Source of the DNA: Eledone cirrhosa
Taxonomy: Eukaryota
Length of the DNA stretch: 64,000 nt
Direction of reading: 5' to 3'
Assembly: GCA_964016885.1 (NCBI GenBank)
Contig: OZ024744.1
Span: 32,922,001-32,986,000, forward strand
Both the position numbers and the translations under genes were made by a program. This document shows, in pieces, positions 29,176-40,317 of this stretch (position 1 is the stretch's first letter; each line of letters begins with the position of its first letter). The notes under the pieces are model-generated. The model saw only the letters and a list, made by a program, of their open reading frames with translations. It did no database searches and was not told the DNA's origin.

Positions 29176-29303
29176 CCGCGGAATGGCCGAGGCATGGACT
29201 CCCGTTTGTATATAATAGTGAGAAATGGGGCGAGCGGGTGAGACGGAGGCAGTGAGTTAAAGAGAGAGAATAACATTATTGTATATGATTATACTGTTAT
29301 AAT

Positions 29304-29485
29304 TGTTTCTACTTTAGGCACAAGGCCAGCAATTATCCAGTACATTACTGGTACTTTATTTTATCGACCCCGTAAGGATGAAAAGCAAAGTCAACCTCGG
29401 CGGGATTTGAACTCAGATCGTAAAGGGACGTAACTATGCTGGAAAGCATGGCGTCTGACCCTCTACCGATACTGCCAATCCACCT
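29304..29485 (-). mobile_element. tRNA-derived SINE with 10-bp TSD
   Basis: Same family as 34702-34882. TSD CTGTTATAAT at 29294-29303 and 29486-29495. Confidence 0.85.
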
Positions 29486-29609
29486 CTGTTATAATGGTAT
29501 ATGGTAAGCTTCTTTTCCCAAATCTGTAATTTCCGAAGTGTCGCCACCCTCTTGCATTAAACAAATTATCTCTTCCTATCTTTCGTTGAAATATTTTATA
29601 AATACAAGT

Positions 29610-29667
29610 CTGATGAAATGGCTGACTTGTTATAATATAACCCAACTGAAGCCATGGAAATAAGGTA
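29610..29667 (+). ncRNA. candidate hammerhead motif
   Basis: CTGATGA-a-ATGGCT...AGCCAT-g-GAAA; stem III is weak. Confidence 0.4.
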
Positions 29668-29754
29668 GCGTTTGGAGTGTGTGAATACTTATAGATTATG
29701 TTTTTTTTTTACATAGAGTGCTTTTTTATTTCTTTTTGACTCTCTCATTACAAT

Positions 29755-30556
<802 letters not shown>

Positions 30557-30854
30557 TGTTTGTGTCAGTTTAGTGAAGCAGCTATTCAATGTCAACGGTG
30601 CTCGCACTGACCCGTTTTATGAGAACGACGAGGATGAAACGAGAAACAGGTGAATGGGGTGGCGAGGTGCGGGGTGGATGGCGGTGGCGGGGTGGATGGT
30701 GGTAGCGGGGTATTTCCTACCCATCACCTACCTTCTTTGAAGATGGTAATGAACACGAGATAACAAATGACCGTAATAGTAGTTGCGGGTAGACAGGGTA
30801 CAGGATTTTATTGAAGCGGGGGGGACCATAGGTTGTCGAAGAGGTGGTTTCCAT

Positions 30855-31167
30855 ATTGTGTGGTTGCTGTTGTTGTCGCTGTTGTTGTTGGTGTTGTTGT
30901 TGTTGGTGGTGTTAGTTACCCTTGTTGCTGGTTGTTGTTTTTGCTGTTTGTTGTTGTTGTTGGTGGTGGTGATTGTGATAGTGTTGGTTATTGTGGTGGT
31001 GGTGGTGGTGGTGGGGGTTGTAATAATGTTGTTCATGTTGTTTTTGTTATTGTTGGTGGTGGTTGTCATAATGTTGATAGAAGAAGAAGAAGAAGAAGAA
31101 GAAGAAGAAGAAGAAGAAGAAGAAGAAGAAGAAGAAGAAGAAGAAGAAGAAGAAGAAGAAGAAGAAG
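30855..31167. repeat. (GTT/GGT)n followed by (GAA)n triplet repeats
   Basis: Direct inspection; the poly-E/poly-R/poly-V ORFs arise from these repeats. Confidence 0.95.
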
Positions 31168-31488
31168 CTTTTCTCTATGGCAGTAGGTTTTAAGTTGAAA
31201 GAGAATTGGCTGCTATATCTAGCAGGTTGAGCATCGTGCTGGGACATGAACATTAAAAAAATACATTAACGATAGATAAATAAATAAATAAATCTGACAT
31301 TTTGTCGGTAAGAAGTCAAATAATTTGGCACAGTAAAAGTGTCAGGTATACAATGTATTTATATTTGTATACACACTTAAACACACACACATGTATACAT
31401 AAATACATACATATATACACACACACATTCATATATACATACATACACACATACTTATATACATAGATACAGATTTATACACATACAA

Positions 31489-32112
31489 GTGGTTGATAGC
31501 TTCCGCTACCTAGGAGATCAGATTAGCATGGCAGTGGGGTGTTCCGAGGCCATAGTATCTAGAATAAGGACGGGTTGGAAGAAGTCTAGGGAGCTGCTTC
31601 CTTTGTTGACAAAGAAGGGTTTCTCCCTGCATATGGAAGGCCGGTTATATGATGCCTGTGTGAGATGCGCGATGATGCATGGTAGTGAGACATAGGCAGC
31701 AACTGCAGAGGATATGTGATGGCTGGAGAGAAATGAGGCAAACATGCTCCGTTGGATGTGTAATGACAATGTACGTGAACGACGAAGCATGGATGAGTTG
31801 AGAGAGAAAATGGGTATAAGAGGGATAAGTTGTAGTGTGCGGGAGAGAAGGCTGAGATGGTATGGACATGTGATGCGTATGGAGGATGAGCGCTCGGTAA
31901 AGAACTGCCAAGAAATCCCAGTAGAAGGAAGACGCAGAGGAGGAAGACCACATAAAACATGGGCGGAGGTGGCGAGAGCAGACCCCAGATCCCTGAAACT
32001 CACCGAGGAGATGACGAAGGACCGTGACAAGTGGAGAGATGTTGTGCTGAATAGGACACGTCCAACCCTTGCAAGCAGGGAAAAGCGGACGTAAATTGAT
32101 GATGATGATGAT
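31489..32112 (+). mobile_element. 5'-truncated RTE LINE (RT thumb/C-terminus) with (GAT)n tail
   Basis: VDSFRYLGD...RIRTGWKK...LYDACVR..M.HGSET*...RRLRWYGHVMRM...EGRRRGGRPHKTW, with in-frame stops; ends GGACGTAAATT(GAT)n. Confidence 0.9.
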
Positions 32113-32171
32113 ACATGTATACATATATACATGCATGCATACATGTATGTATATATATATTTACATACATA

Positions 32172-32240
<69 letters not shown>

Positions 32241-32274
32241 GTATATATACATACATTCATACGTACATACGTAT

Positions 32275-32880
32275 ATGGTGGCTGCCAACTCGTTTTCGAG
32301 TACGGCCAATACTTTATATCCATGTAGGAGAACCCCTACCGATGCGCTGAACGAGTGTGACTTTTTAGTCCAGCCAGCGACTTGAAAACTCTGGTACAAA
32401 CACTACGCTTGTGACAATTATTGACACATAGTGCTAGGCCCATGGTACCATGTGACGACAAGTGCAGAGAGATCTCCAGATATAAAGCAATGCCTGTGCC
32501 GTGAAGCTTTTATAGTGAGCAAAGGCACTGCACAAAGCCAGTCCCACTCTCTTAACCAAGATGATATTTACCAAAAAGAAGAACAAGTCAACATCATTTG
32601 ATACCATCAGGGTTGCAGGTGTTATATCAGAGTTTTCCTTCTAGAATTCTGCCTTGACAAAGGCTAAGGGGTCATCTCTCCCGGTGATTTTGGATGGCCA
32701 TTGACTCTTAAGAGCTCCTTTGCCCTTTGGCAGGTTTTGTTTTTAATCCTGCAGGATGTCCAAAGTCACCCTCCTCACCAAGAAACCTTGGTGGGGTTGC
32801 CAGTTTAGTTGCCAATGACCCGACCATGAGACAGGTTGTACTGGGATACATGTTACCAGTAGCACCAACTGGTGACCTGA
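32275..32880 (-). mobile_element. ~606-bp non-autonomous RTE-derived element, copy A
   Basis: Near-identical to copies at 33010, 46773, 58831 and 59650. The family 3' part encodes CSVCTRVFKSLAGLKSHTRSAHR* (RTE-type terminal C2H2 finger). Confidence 0.8.
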
Positions 32881-33009
32881 CATTCGTACATGCATTCATA
32901 CGTACATACATTCGTACGTACTTACATTCGTACGTACATACATTCATACGTACATACATTCATTCGTACATACATTCATACGTACATACATTCATACGTA
33001 CATACATAC

Positions 33010-33615
33010 ATGGTGACTGCCAACTCGTTTTCGAGTACGGCCACTACTTTATATCCATGTAGGAGAACCCCTACCGATGCGCTGAACGAGTGTGACATTT
33101 TAGTCCAGCCAGCGACTTGAAAACTCTGGTACAAACACTACACCTGTGACAATTATTGACACATAGTGCTGGGCCCATGGTACCATGTGACGACAAGTGC
33201 AGAGGGATCTCCAGATATAAAGCAATGCCTGTGCCGTGAAGCTTTTATAGTGAGCAAAGGCACTGCACAAAGCCAGTCCCACTCTCTTAACCAAGAGGAC
33301 ATTTACCAAAAAGAAGAACAAGTCAACATCATTGGATACCATCAGGGTTGCAGGTGTTATATCAGAGTTTTCCTTCTAGAATTCTGCCTTGACAAAGGCT
33401 AAGGGGTCATCTCTCCCGGTGATTTTGGATGGCCATTGACTCTTAAGAGCTCCTTTGCCCTTTGACAGGTTTTGTTTTTAGTCCTGCAGGATGTCCAAAG
33501 TCATCCTCCTCACCAAGAAACCTTGGTGGGGCTGCTAGTTTAGTCGCCAACGACCCGACCATGAGACAGGTTGTACTGGGATACCTGTTACCAGTAGCAC
33601 CAACTGGTGACCTGA
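33010..33615 (-). mobile_element. ~606-bp non-autonomous RTE-derived element, copy B
   Basis: Direct repeat of copy A at offset 735, separated by a (CATTCATACGTACATA)-type microsatellite. Confidence 0.8.
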
Positions 33616-33879
33616 CATACATACATACATACATACGTACATACATTCATACGTACATACATTCATACGTACATACATTCATACGTACATACATTCATAC
33701 ATACATACATAGTATTTACATACCAGTCAAGTACTGGGGTCAATTCCTCCTCTAATATCTCTTTCTCACTTCCATTCGCCCCTCCCCCCTCTCTTTATCC
33801 TTCTCTGGAAGAAATCTACTGTATTCAGGCTTGGAGGAGAGATGGGCTCTGCCAGGTTTAAAATAATGCTCTAGAAAGG

Positions 33880-34686
33880 CCGTATGGTGCCCCTACGACT
33901 CCCTCTGCAGTTACAGAGTCATGCATGTATGAACATCCCATTCTTAGATATACAGCTACGGCCGTAGTCAGGACACATAAATATATTTGGTTGAGGATGT
34001 TGTAAGGTGTTAATCTGTGCACATGTCTCATGTTGAGTGTGTTTCACTTCCGGATTCTCACTTCCCTTTCAAAAGTTGTTAGCAATGTCCTCCACTCTTG
34101 ACGTGCTGAAGTTTACTCTCTTCTTTATATGGTCTTTGAACGACAATTTTGGTCCGGTTCTCCAGCCAGGTAATGACCGTATTATGTAGCTGGTCATTGA
34201 GTATCTATCCCACGTGGGAGACACTGGTCAGATATGAACATGTCTTTAAACAGCTTTTTTTTGTCCCCTATCTAGTCAGGTGACCACCACGGTGTGCAGC
34301 TGTCATTCAGTATCCTGTGAAGGAGACGCAAGTTTGACATGTGCACTAAATGACCGCACCATGCCAGTTGATATTTGTATGGTGTACATTCGATGCTGAT
34401 GGTATCGGATCTATGAAAAATTTCTGATTGTGTAATCATATCTCGCCAGGAGACTGAAAAGATTTTCTAAAGCCTGAATTGCTTTAATGTGTCAGATCTA
34501 TGTGGTCCATGTCTCACTCTCATTTAGGTGAATGGAAACACTAACAGCCTAGTAGATAAGACATTTAATGTGAAGCTTCAAATAGTTATTTACAATGACC
34601 CCTTCCCCTTTCTGAGCCTTAGAAAAGCTGCTGTGGCCTTTCTCACGCGGGTTAAGATCTCCGTATCCAGTCTACTAGGGTAGGAC
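33880..34686 (-). mobile_element. decayed RTE-like LINE 3' region
   Basis: Minus-strand translation KIFSVSWRDMITQSEIF..S.TISIE....YQLAWCGHLVHM..LRL is a degenerate form of the LINE RT C-terminal motif. Confidence 0.6.
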
Positions 34687-34701
34687 ATTATCTTGTAAAG
34701 G

Positions 34702-34882
34702 GGCGGTGAATTGGCAGTATTGGTAGAGGGTCTGACATGCTTTCCAGCGTAGTTGCGTCCCTTTACGATCTGAGTTCAAATCCCGCCGAGGTTAACTTTG
34801 CCTTTCATCCTTATGGGGTCGATAAAATAAAGTACCAGTAATACACTGGATTATTGCTGGCCTTGTGCCAAAAGTAGAAACA
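34702..34882 (+). mobile_element. tRNA-derived SINE with 15-bp TSD
   Basis: A-box-like TGGCAGTATTGG and B-box GAGTTCAAATCCC; TSD ATTATCTTGTAAAGG at 34687-34701 and 34883-34897. Confidence 0.9.
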
Positions 34883-35347
34883 ATTATCTTGTAAAGGTAT
34901 ATGAACTGGAAGGTGGGATTACTGTTCTAGTGATAAAGTGGGGAAAAGAGAAAGAAAGAGAGAGAGAGAGAGCTGGGGGGGGGGGGGGAGAAAGGAGACA
35001 GCGAGGAGGAAGTGAGGGTTCAATGCAGTGAGCCATTAAGAAATTACCATAGATTTTTGGACATTACTAGTCAGGCTAATTCTTTGATAAGCTGTTCCTG
35101 CAGCTGGTTACGATGGTTTGTAGGGCTTCTGAAACGTGAGCCATCAGACCACAATGATCAGAGTACTGTAGCTCAATAATCTGTTCGTCCCTGAGCATGC
35201 AGTCTTGAAGAGGTTCCTATATATATATATGCCTGACTGAACACACAAGTGATTTTTCACCCTTTTCCCTAATTTTCCTCATTTCCTCCCGTTCTTTTTC
35301 TTCTCACTCTTTATCTTTCTATTTTCTCTTATTTCTAACATGATCAT

Positions 35348-35404
35348 CTGATGAAAGACTACTGTCTGAAACGTTAAGGCTCTTTTCCTGCTATTGCTAG
35401 CGTT
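35348..35404 (+). ncRNA. type I hammerhead ribozyme motif (Penelope pLTR remnant)
   Basis: CTGATGA-a-AGAC-tact-GTCT-GAAA-CGTTA...TAGCG-TT: intact core, stem II and stem III. Confidence 0.7.
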
Positions 35405-36129
35405 AAACTAATATATTTCTTCAATGTACTGTGTCGTTTGCTTCGCTAGTTCTGTTTACTTTTTACATACACACACACATACACACACACAGACATAGAC
35501 ACAGACACATACACACACACACACACACAGACAGACACAGACACAGACACACACGCACACACACACACACATATATATATATATAGTGGTATAACACTGG
35601 GTGGTTATACACGTAGTAGTAGAACACTCAATCCTTGGGATGAGTTTGGGAGAAGTTAGTTCCACAACATTTAATAAACCATTTTTGAGAATGTGCGCTT
35701 CACCTTGCGGATTTTCAACTGGAGTTATGATTGGAATCCAAAACACGGCCTGTGCGCGCGCGCGCGCGCGTGCGTGTGTGTGCATGTGTGTGTTCATGTG
35801 TGTGTTCATGTGTGTGTTTGAGTTTGTAAACATGGAGAAAGAATACTGAAAAGAAAATATTTATTGCGGTGGTAAAAATAGAGATTACTCTCTGTTACTA
35901 CTCTGAGTTTTTGATTTCACTGTTTACGTAGCTGATATCCGAAGAAGAGAAATATAGAAGTGAGTAAGTTATATATATTTAGAGAGAGGGAAGAAAATAA
36001 GTTATGTATTTAGTGAGGGAGGGAAAGAGATTTACTATTAACTATCTTCACTTTCTTACTAATCATGCTTCGGGAAGTAAATGAAATCCTCATACCACCA
36101 CTATAAATAAAACTAAAGGGTCAGTTTAC

Positions 36130-36420
36130 CTAGTGGTCACGGCCGAGAGGATGGAGAAGACATTGGCCAGACGATGGCGAGGGAGACCTGCTTGAACAGC
36201 CTCTCCACCTCGCGGGGCTTGCACATTCGGGCAGCTAATTCTGCCCCGATGATAGTGAGCAGGGATGTGGTCCGGTGGCCAAGAATGACATAAGTCTCCA
36301 CTGATACAGGCTCTACTACAAAACCAACAGAGAGTGGCCGATACTTTGACAGGTTGCCGTCTTCGGCCTGGAGGGCAGGGAAGCCTGGGCTCGTAACCTA
36401 ACGCACCAGGTTAGAAAATG
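36130..36420 (-). mobile_element. second CRE-like 3' end fragment
   Basis: Minus strand reads VETYVILG...ERLFKQVSLAIV / NVFSILSAVTTR*, homologous to the end of the 28590-29175 element. Confidence 0.6.
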
Positions 36421-37369
36421 TGTCAGAAATAAAATAGTAAAAGGAGTAGAAATTTCAAATTCCCAAGGATTATTCCTTTTTATTAACTTAGATTTTAAAC
36501 AAATCAAATAGTAATACTGTTCTGGTTTGTGTGATTATTTCTATATCACTATTGTTTTTAATGTAATATTTATTGGTATATGCTAAGGCGGCTAGTGAAT
36601 AGATACTTGGAGATGTAAATATAAAAATCAACAAATCGAATTAAATAAATCTACAATTATAGTTGTTGCAATTATTTCCTTGACAGAGATTTCTGGCTTT
36701 CTTGATTCTGACATTTATATTATTCAGTTCGTGTTTACTAATTAATCCTATTTCACTCCTCACCGGTTTAATTAATCTCTAATTTGGATTGGAATTACAA
36801 AGCTCTCTTTGTAATCATTTAACGTCGTGTAGGTTTTACGCATGGATTGACCTTCTATTCGTTGGGCTAAATATAACAATGGCGATACTTTATTGACAAC
36901 TTTATAGTAGGTGAGTGGGCGTTTCTATAGCCTTCAATGATGTTTTGTACAGTAATTTGGTCAAGGTCCTTGTCTAATATATCATCAACATCATCATCAT
37001 CATCATCGCCGTCGTAGTCGTCGTCGTCGTCGTCGTCGTTTAACGTCCATCTTTCACGCTAGCATGAGATAGAACTAAGAAAACCGAAGCTGAACAGAAA
37101 AAAATGAACATAATAACAACAACAACAACCATACACAAACACACAATACTGACCTAAGATAAATATAAATTAATATACACAGGTACAATAACAACAACTA
37201 CACATAAACACACACTAGTGAACAAAGTTAGAATACAAACACTCACAGACTCAGGCACGAACTCGCGAATATAGAGCAAACAGAAATCACGCACACAAAA
37301 GCATGCGCAAACAGAAACAACAATAATTAAATGAATAAATAATAGAATGAGTAAACATAACAATACAAC

Positions 37370-37625
37370 GGGAGGAAACATAATAGCACCACTCATGATG
37401 TCACAGCTGTGTGATGAAAGAACTCTGAGAGAATATATATATATATATTTGTATCTATATTTATAACTGTTGGCCAATCAATGATAAACATTGATTCACA
37501 GCTAAATTAACTATAGGGATATAATATACACGGAAGCGAAACCCAACCCAAACCAAACAGTGTCTTTTATTATATATTTCTGGCAATATTATAAGAATAT
37601 GACCCTCTCCAAATAAAACAATATT
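37370..37625 (+). mobile_element. Penelope-type pLTR remnant with mutated hammerhead core
   Basis: CTCATGA-t-GTCACA-gctg-TGTGAT-GAAA. Homologous in inverted orientation to 57060-57320 and related to 46200-46415. Confidence 0.55.
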
Positions 37626-37642
37626 TATATATATATATACAA

Positions 37643-37728
<86 letters not shown>

Positions 37729-37736
<8 letters not shown>

Positions 37737-38290
37737 GACATGGGGGAAGAAAAAATGGCTTCACTTGTGCTTTCAACAAATTTATTTTCTTCACAAAATC
37801 CAAAAAGAATTTTTTTCCGGATTAGAAACATTTTTTTTTTTTTCTTAAAAAAAATTATTTTATAAATAAAGTTGTTGGTTGTTGGTTAGGTCTTAGGAGT
37901 TCTTGGTTAACGTAGGAGGTATTGTTTCGTTTTTAGAACGACCTTTCACGCTGAGGTGGGCTTGTCAAACTGATGTGTATGTGGTGTGTTGTTCTATATA
38001 TATAGGGATTTAACATGTCTGTGGTGTGGTGGGTGTTTCTTTTCTCCCCCTTTAATAAGTGTATGGGTGTAGGTGTGTTGAAAAAGTGTTAATAGCAGTA
38101 ATGAGTTGAGACGGTGAGTAGAGTTGGGTGGGGAGAAATGTAGCAAGTGCGGCCTGCCCCGGTCATTCTCGAAAAATTCCTTTATTCAGGGGAAAAAGCT
38201 TTTAGTATTCCTTTTGTGTTGAGAATGGTCACAGGCAAATCGCACCTGTCAATTTTGTGAATAATTATTTTTTTCTTTTTTTCTGAAGAA
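37729..38290 (-). repeat. inverted partial pLTR
   Basis: Reverse complement of ~38505-39042, fused tail-to-head with the 5' pLTR. Confidence 0.9.
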
Positions 38291-39079
38291 TGTGGAGGTA
38301 TGAGTACATATTCGTGTGTGTACGTATGTGTATGTGTGTTTTTATATGTGTCTCTATATGTTTTTGTGTATGTATGTGGATGTATTTGTACATGGGTGTG
38401 TGATTGATGGTGTGTGCCTATATATTCCTACATATGCCCGTGTGTGTACGCACATATATGTGTGTTTTGAACAAAGGACTAACTTTGGGATGGACGTAGA
38501 AAAATTCTTCAGAAAAAAAGAAAAAAATAATTATTCACAAACTTGACTGGTGCGATTTGCCTGTGACCATTCTCAACACAAAAGGAATACTAAAAGCTTT
38601 TTCCCCTGAATAAAGGAATTTTTCGAGAATGACCGGAGCAGGCCGCACTTGCTACATTTCTCCCCACCCAACCCTGCTCACCGTCTCAACTCATTACTGC
38701 TATTAACACTTTTTCAACACACCTACACCCATACACTTATTAAAGGGGGAGAAAAGAAACCCCCACCACACCACAGACATGTTAAATCCCTATATATAGA
38801 ACAACACACCACATACACATCAGTTTGACAAGCGCACCTTAGCGTGAAAGGTCGTTCTAAAAACGAAACAATACCTCCTACGTTAACCAAGAACTCCTAA
38901 GACCTAACCAACAACCAACAACTTAATTTATAAAATAATTTTTTTCTAATCCGGAAAAAAATTATTTTTGGATTTTGTGAAGAAAATAAATTTGTTGAAA
39001 GCACAAGTGAAGCCATTTTTTCTTCCCCCCTGTCTTAATATACCTAACTGTACCAAGGATTACACACATTTTCCAATAT
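38290..39079 (+). repeat. 5' pseudo-LTR of the Penelope-like element
   Basis: Direct repeat of 43131-43952, from ATGTGGAGGTATGAG to CATTTTCCAATAT. Confidence 0.9.
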
Positions 39080-39102
39080 TCTATCCCCTTGTACAAGACA
39101 GA

Positions 39103-40317
39103 ATGGCTAACACACGTTCAAAATCCTCTACTGAATCCCTCAAATCGGATACACCACTACAGGAAATATCAGAAAAACTCACCATAATAATAGATAAATA
39201 TGATTCCCTTACGAATGCCGTACAAGAAATGGAACAACAAACACGCAGCTATAGGGAAAAACTTGATTCACTAATTACAGACCGACAAAAACAAGAACAA
39301 ACCTTTTCTCCTGAAATAGCTACACATGAACAGAACTCCATCACCAATAATGCATTCAAAGAATGGAATAAACTGAACCTAGAAAAAGAAGCCTACAGAA
39401 AAAGAAACCAAATGAAAAACATTTGGAACCAACTATTAAATCAAAGGAAACAGGCATACTGGAAAGCCTTGAGGAGTGAAAACCTAGCAGACACATACGA
39501 AATATGGCGTAGCAAGGAACCAGTTATCCTCCCGAGAAAATTCCGAATTAAAGAAATACCATCGGAATCAAAGGAAGAAACTGCAACAAGACTAAATCTA
39601 GCACTCCAAACACTTGAGACCGAAATCACCCTACTCCGCATAAGAGTGCCAAAATTCAAAGAGAAATTTGAAAAATGCGACACCACCATCCAAGAGGAAA
39701 TAAACAAAAGAAGCAGCGGCAATGTACGTGAAAAACTCCTTAACCTGTGGCAGACAGATACAACTAGAGAGGAGTTAAAATCAAAGAAAATCTTGGAGTC
39801 AAGAACTCAATGGCTTCAAGAATATGAAGATAACTATGGTAAAGACCAAATAAAACCCAGAAAACAAACCCATAGGAAACCCCAGAACTCAGGAAAATAC
39901 AACAACACAAGAAATGAAGCACCCACACACAATAAACCAACAACAACCAGATATTGGGTAACCCCAAACACACTACTACATACAGACCCAATACTCAACA
40001 CCAGAACCAGATACAACCACTGCCATAACACCAAGAACAATCACCGGAGACAAAATCAAAGACACATGAATACTGAACGAATCAACAGAAGAACCAGACC
40101 CCCATACAGCAACGACCACGCAAGAGTCTATCGCCCAACCAGTTACCGGCATGAAGTTCCGGCGGGCCAAAGGTTTCACCACAACAGAAACACCCCTATC
40201 CCAAATGGCACCCATTTTTTAGGACTAGGGACCTCGAACCAAATGAAAGAAAAAAAGAAAAAAGCACCACCTTTCAAGTGGCACCTGACGAGAAAGAACC
40301 AATCGAACCAAAAATAA
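39103..40317 (+). CDS. PLE ORF1, 404 aa: coiled-coil/helical N-terminal two-thirds and a basic low-complexity C-terminus
   Basis: First ATG after the pLTR (MANTRSK...); open for 1215 nt; heptad-like segment LQEISEKLTIIIDKYDSLTNAVQEMEQQ...; R/N/H/T/P-rich tail. Confidence 0.75.
   Translation: MANTRSKSSTESLKSDTPLQEISEKLTIIIDKYDSLTNAVQEMEQQTRSYREKLDSLITDRQKQEQTFSPEIATHEQNSITNNAFKEWNKLNLEKEAYRKRNQMKNIWNQLLNQRKQAYWKALRSENLADTYEIWRSKEPVILPRKFRIKEIPSESKEETATRLNLALQTLETEITLLRIRVPKFKEKFEKCDTTIQEEINKRSSGNVREKLLNLWQTDTTREELKSKKILESRTQWLQEYEDNYGKDQIKPRKQTHRKPQNSGKYNNTRNEAPTHNKPTTTRYWVTPNTLLHTDPILNTRTRYNHCHNTKNNHRRQNQRHMNTERINRRTRPPYSNDHARVYRPTSYRHEVPAGQRFHHNRNTPIPNGTHFLGLGTSNQMKEKKKKAPPFKWHLTRKNQSNQK
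40215..40221 (+). promoter_or_regulatory. candidate -1 ribosomal frameshift heptamer T TTT TTA
   Basis: Phased X-XXY-YYZ in the ORF1 frame (caT TTT TTA). The -1 frame is open from 40155 to the RT-EN stop at 42545. Confidence 0.55.

Noticed and set aside
34702-34882. tRNA gene
   Set aside because: A/B boxes are present but there is no cloverleaf; multiple copies with TSDs indicate a SINE.
38968-39102. N-terminal 45 aa of the listed 449-aa ORF
   Set aside because: It starts at TTG inside the pLTR, and the same sequence recurs at 37803 (-) and 43851 without ORF1. ATG 39103 is the plausible start.
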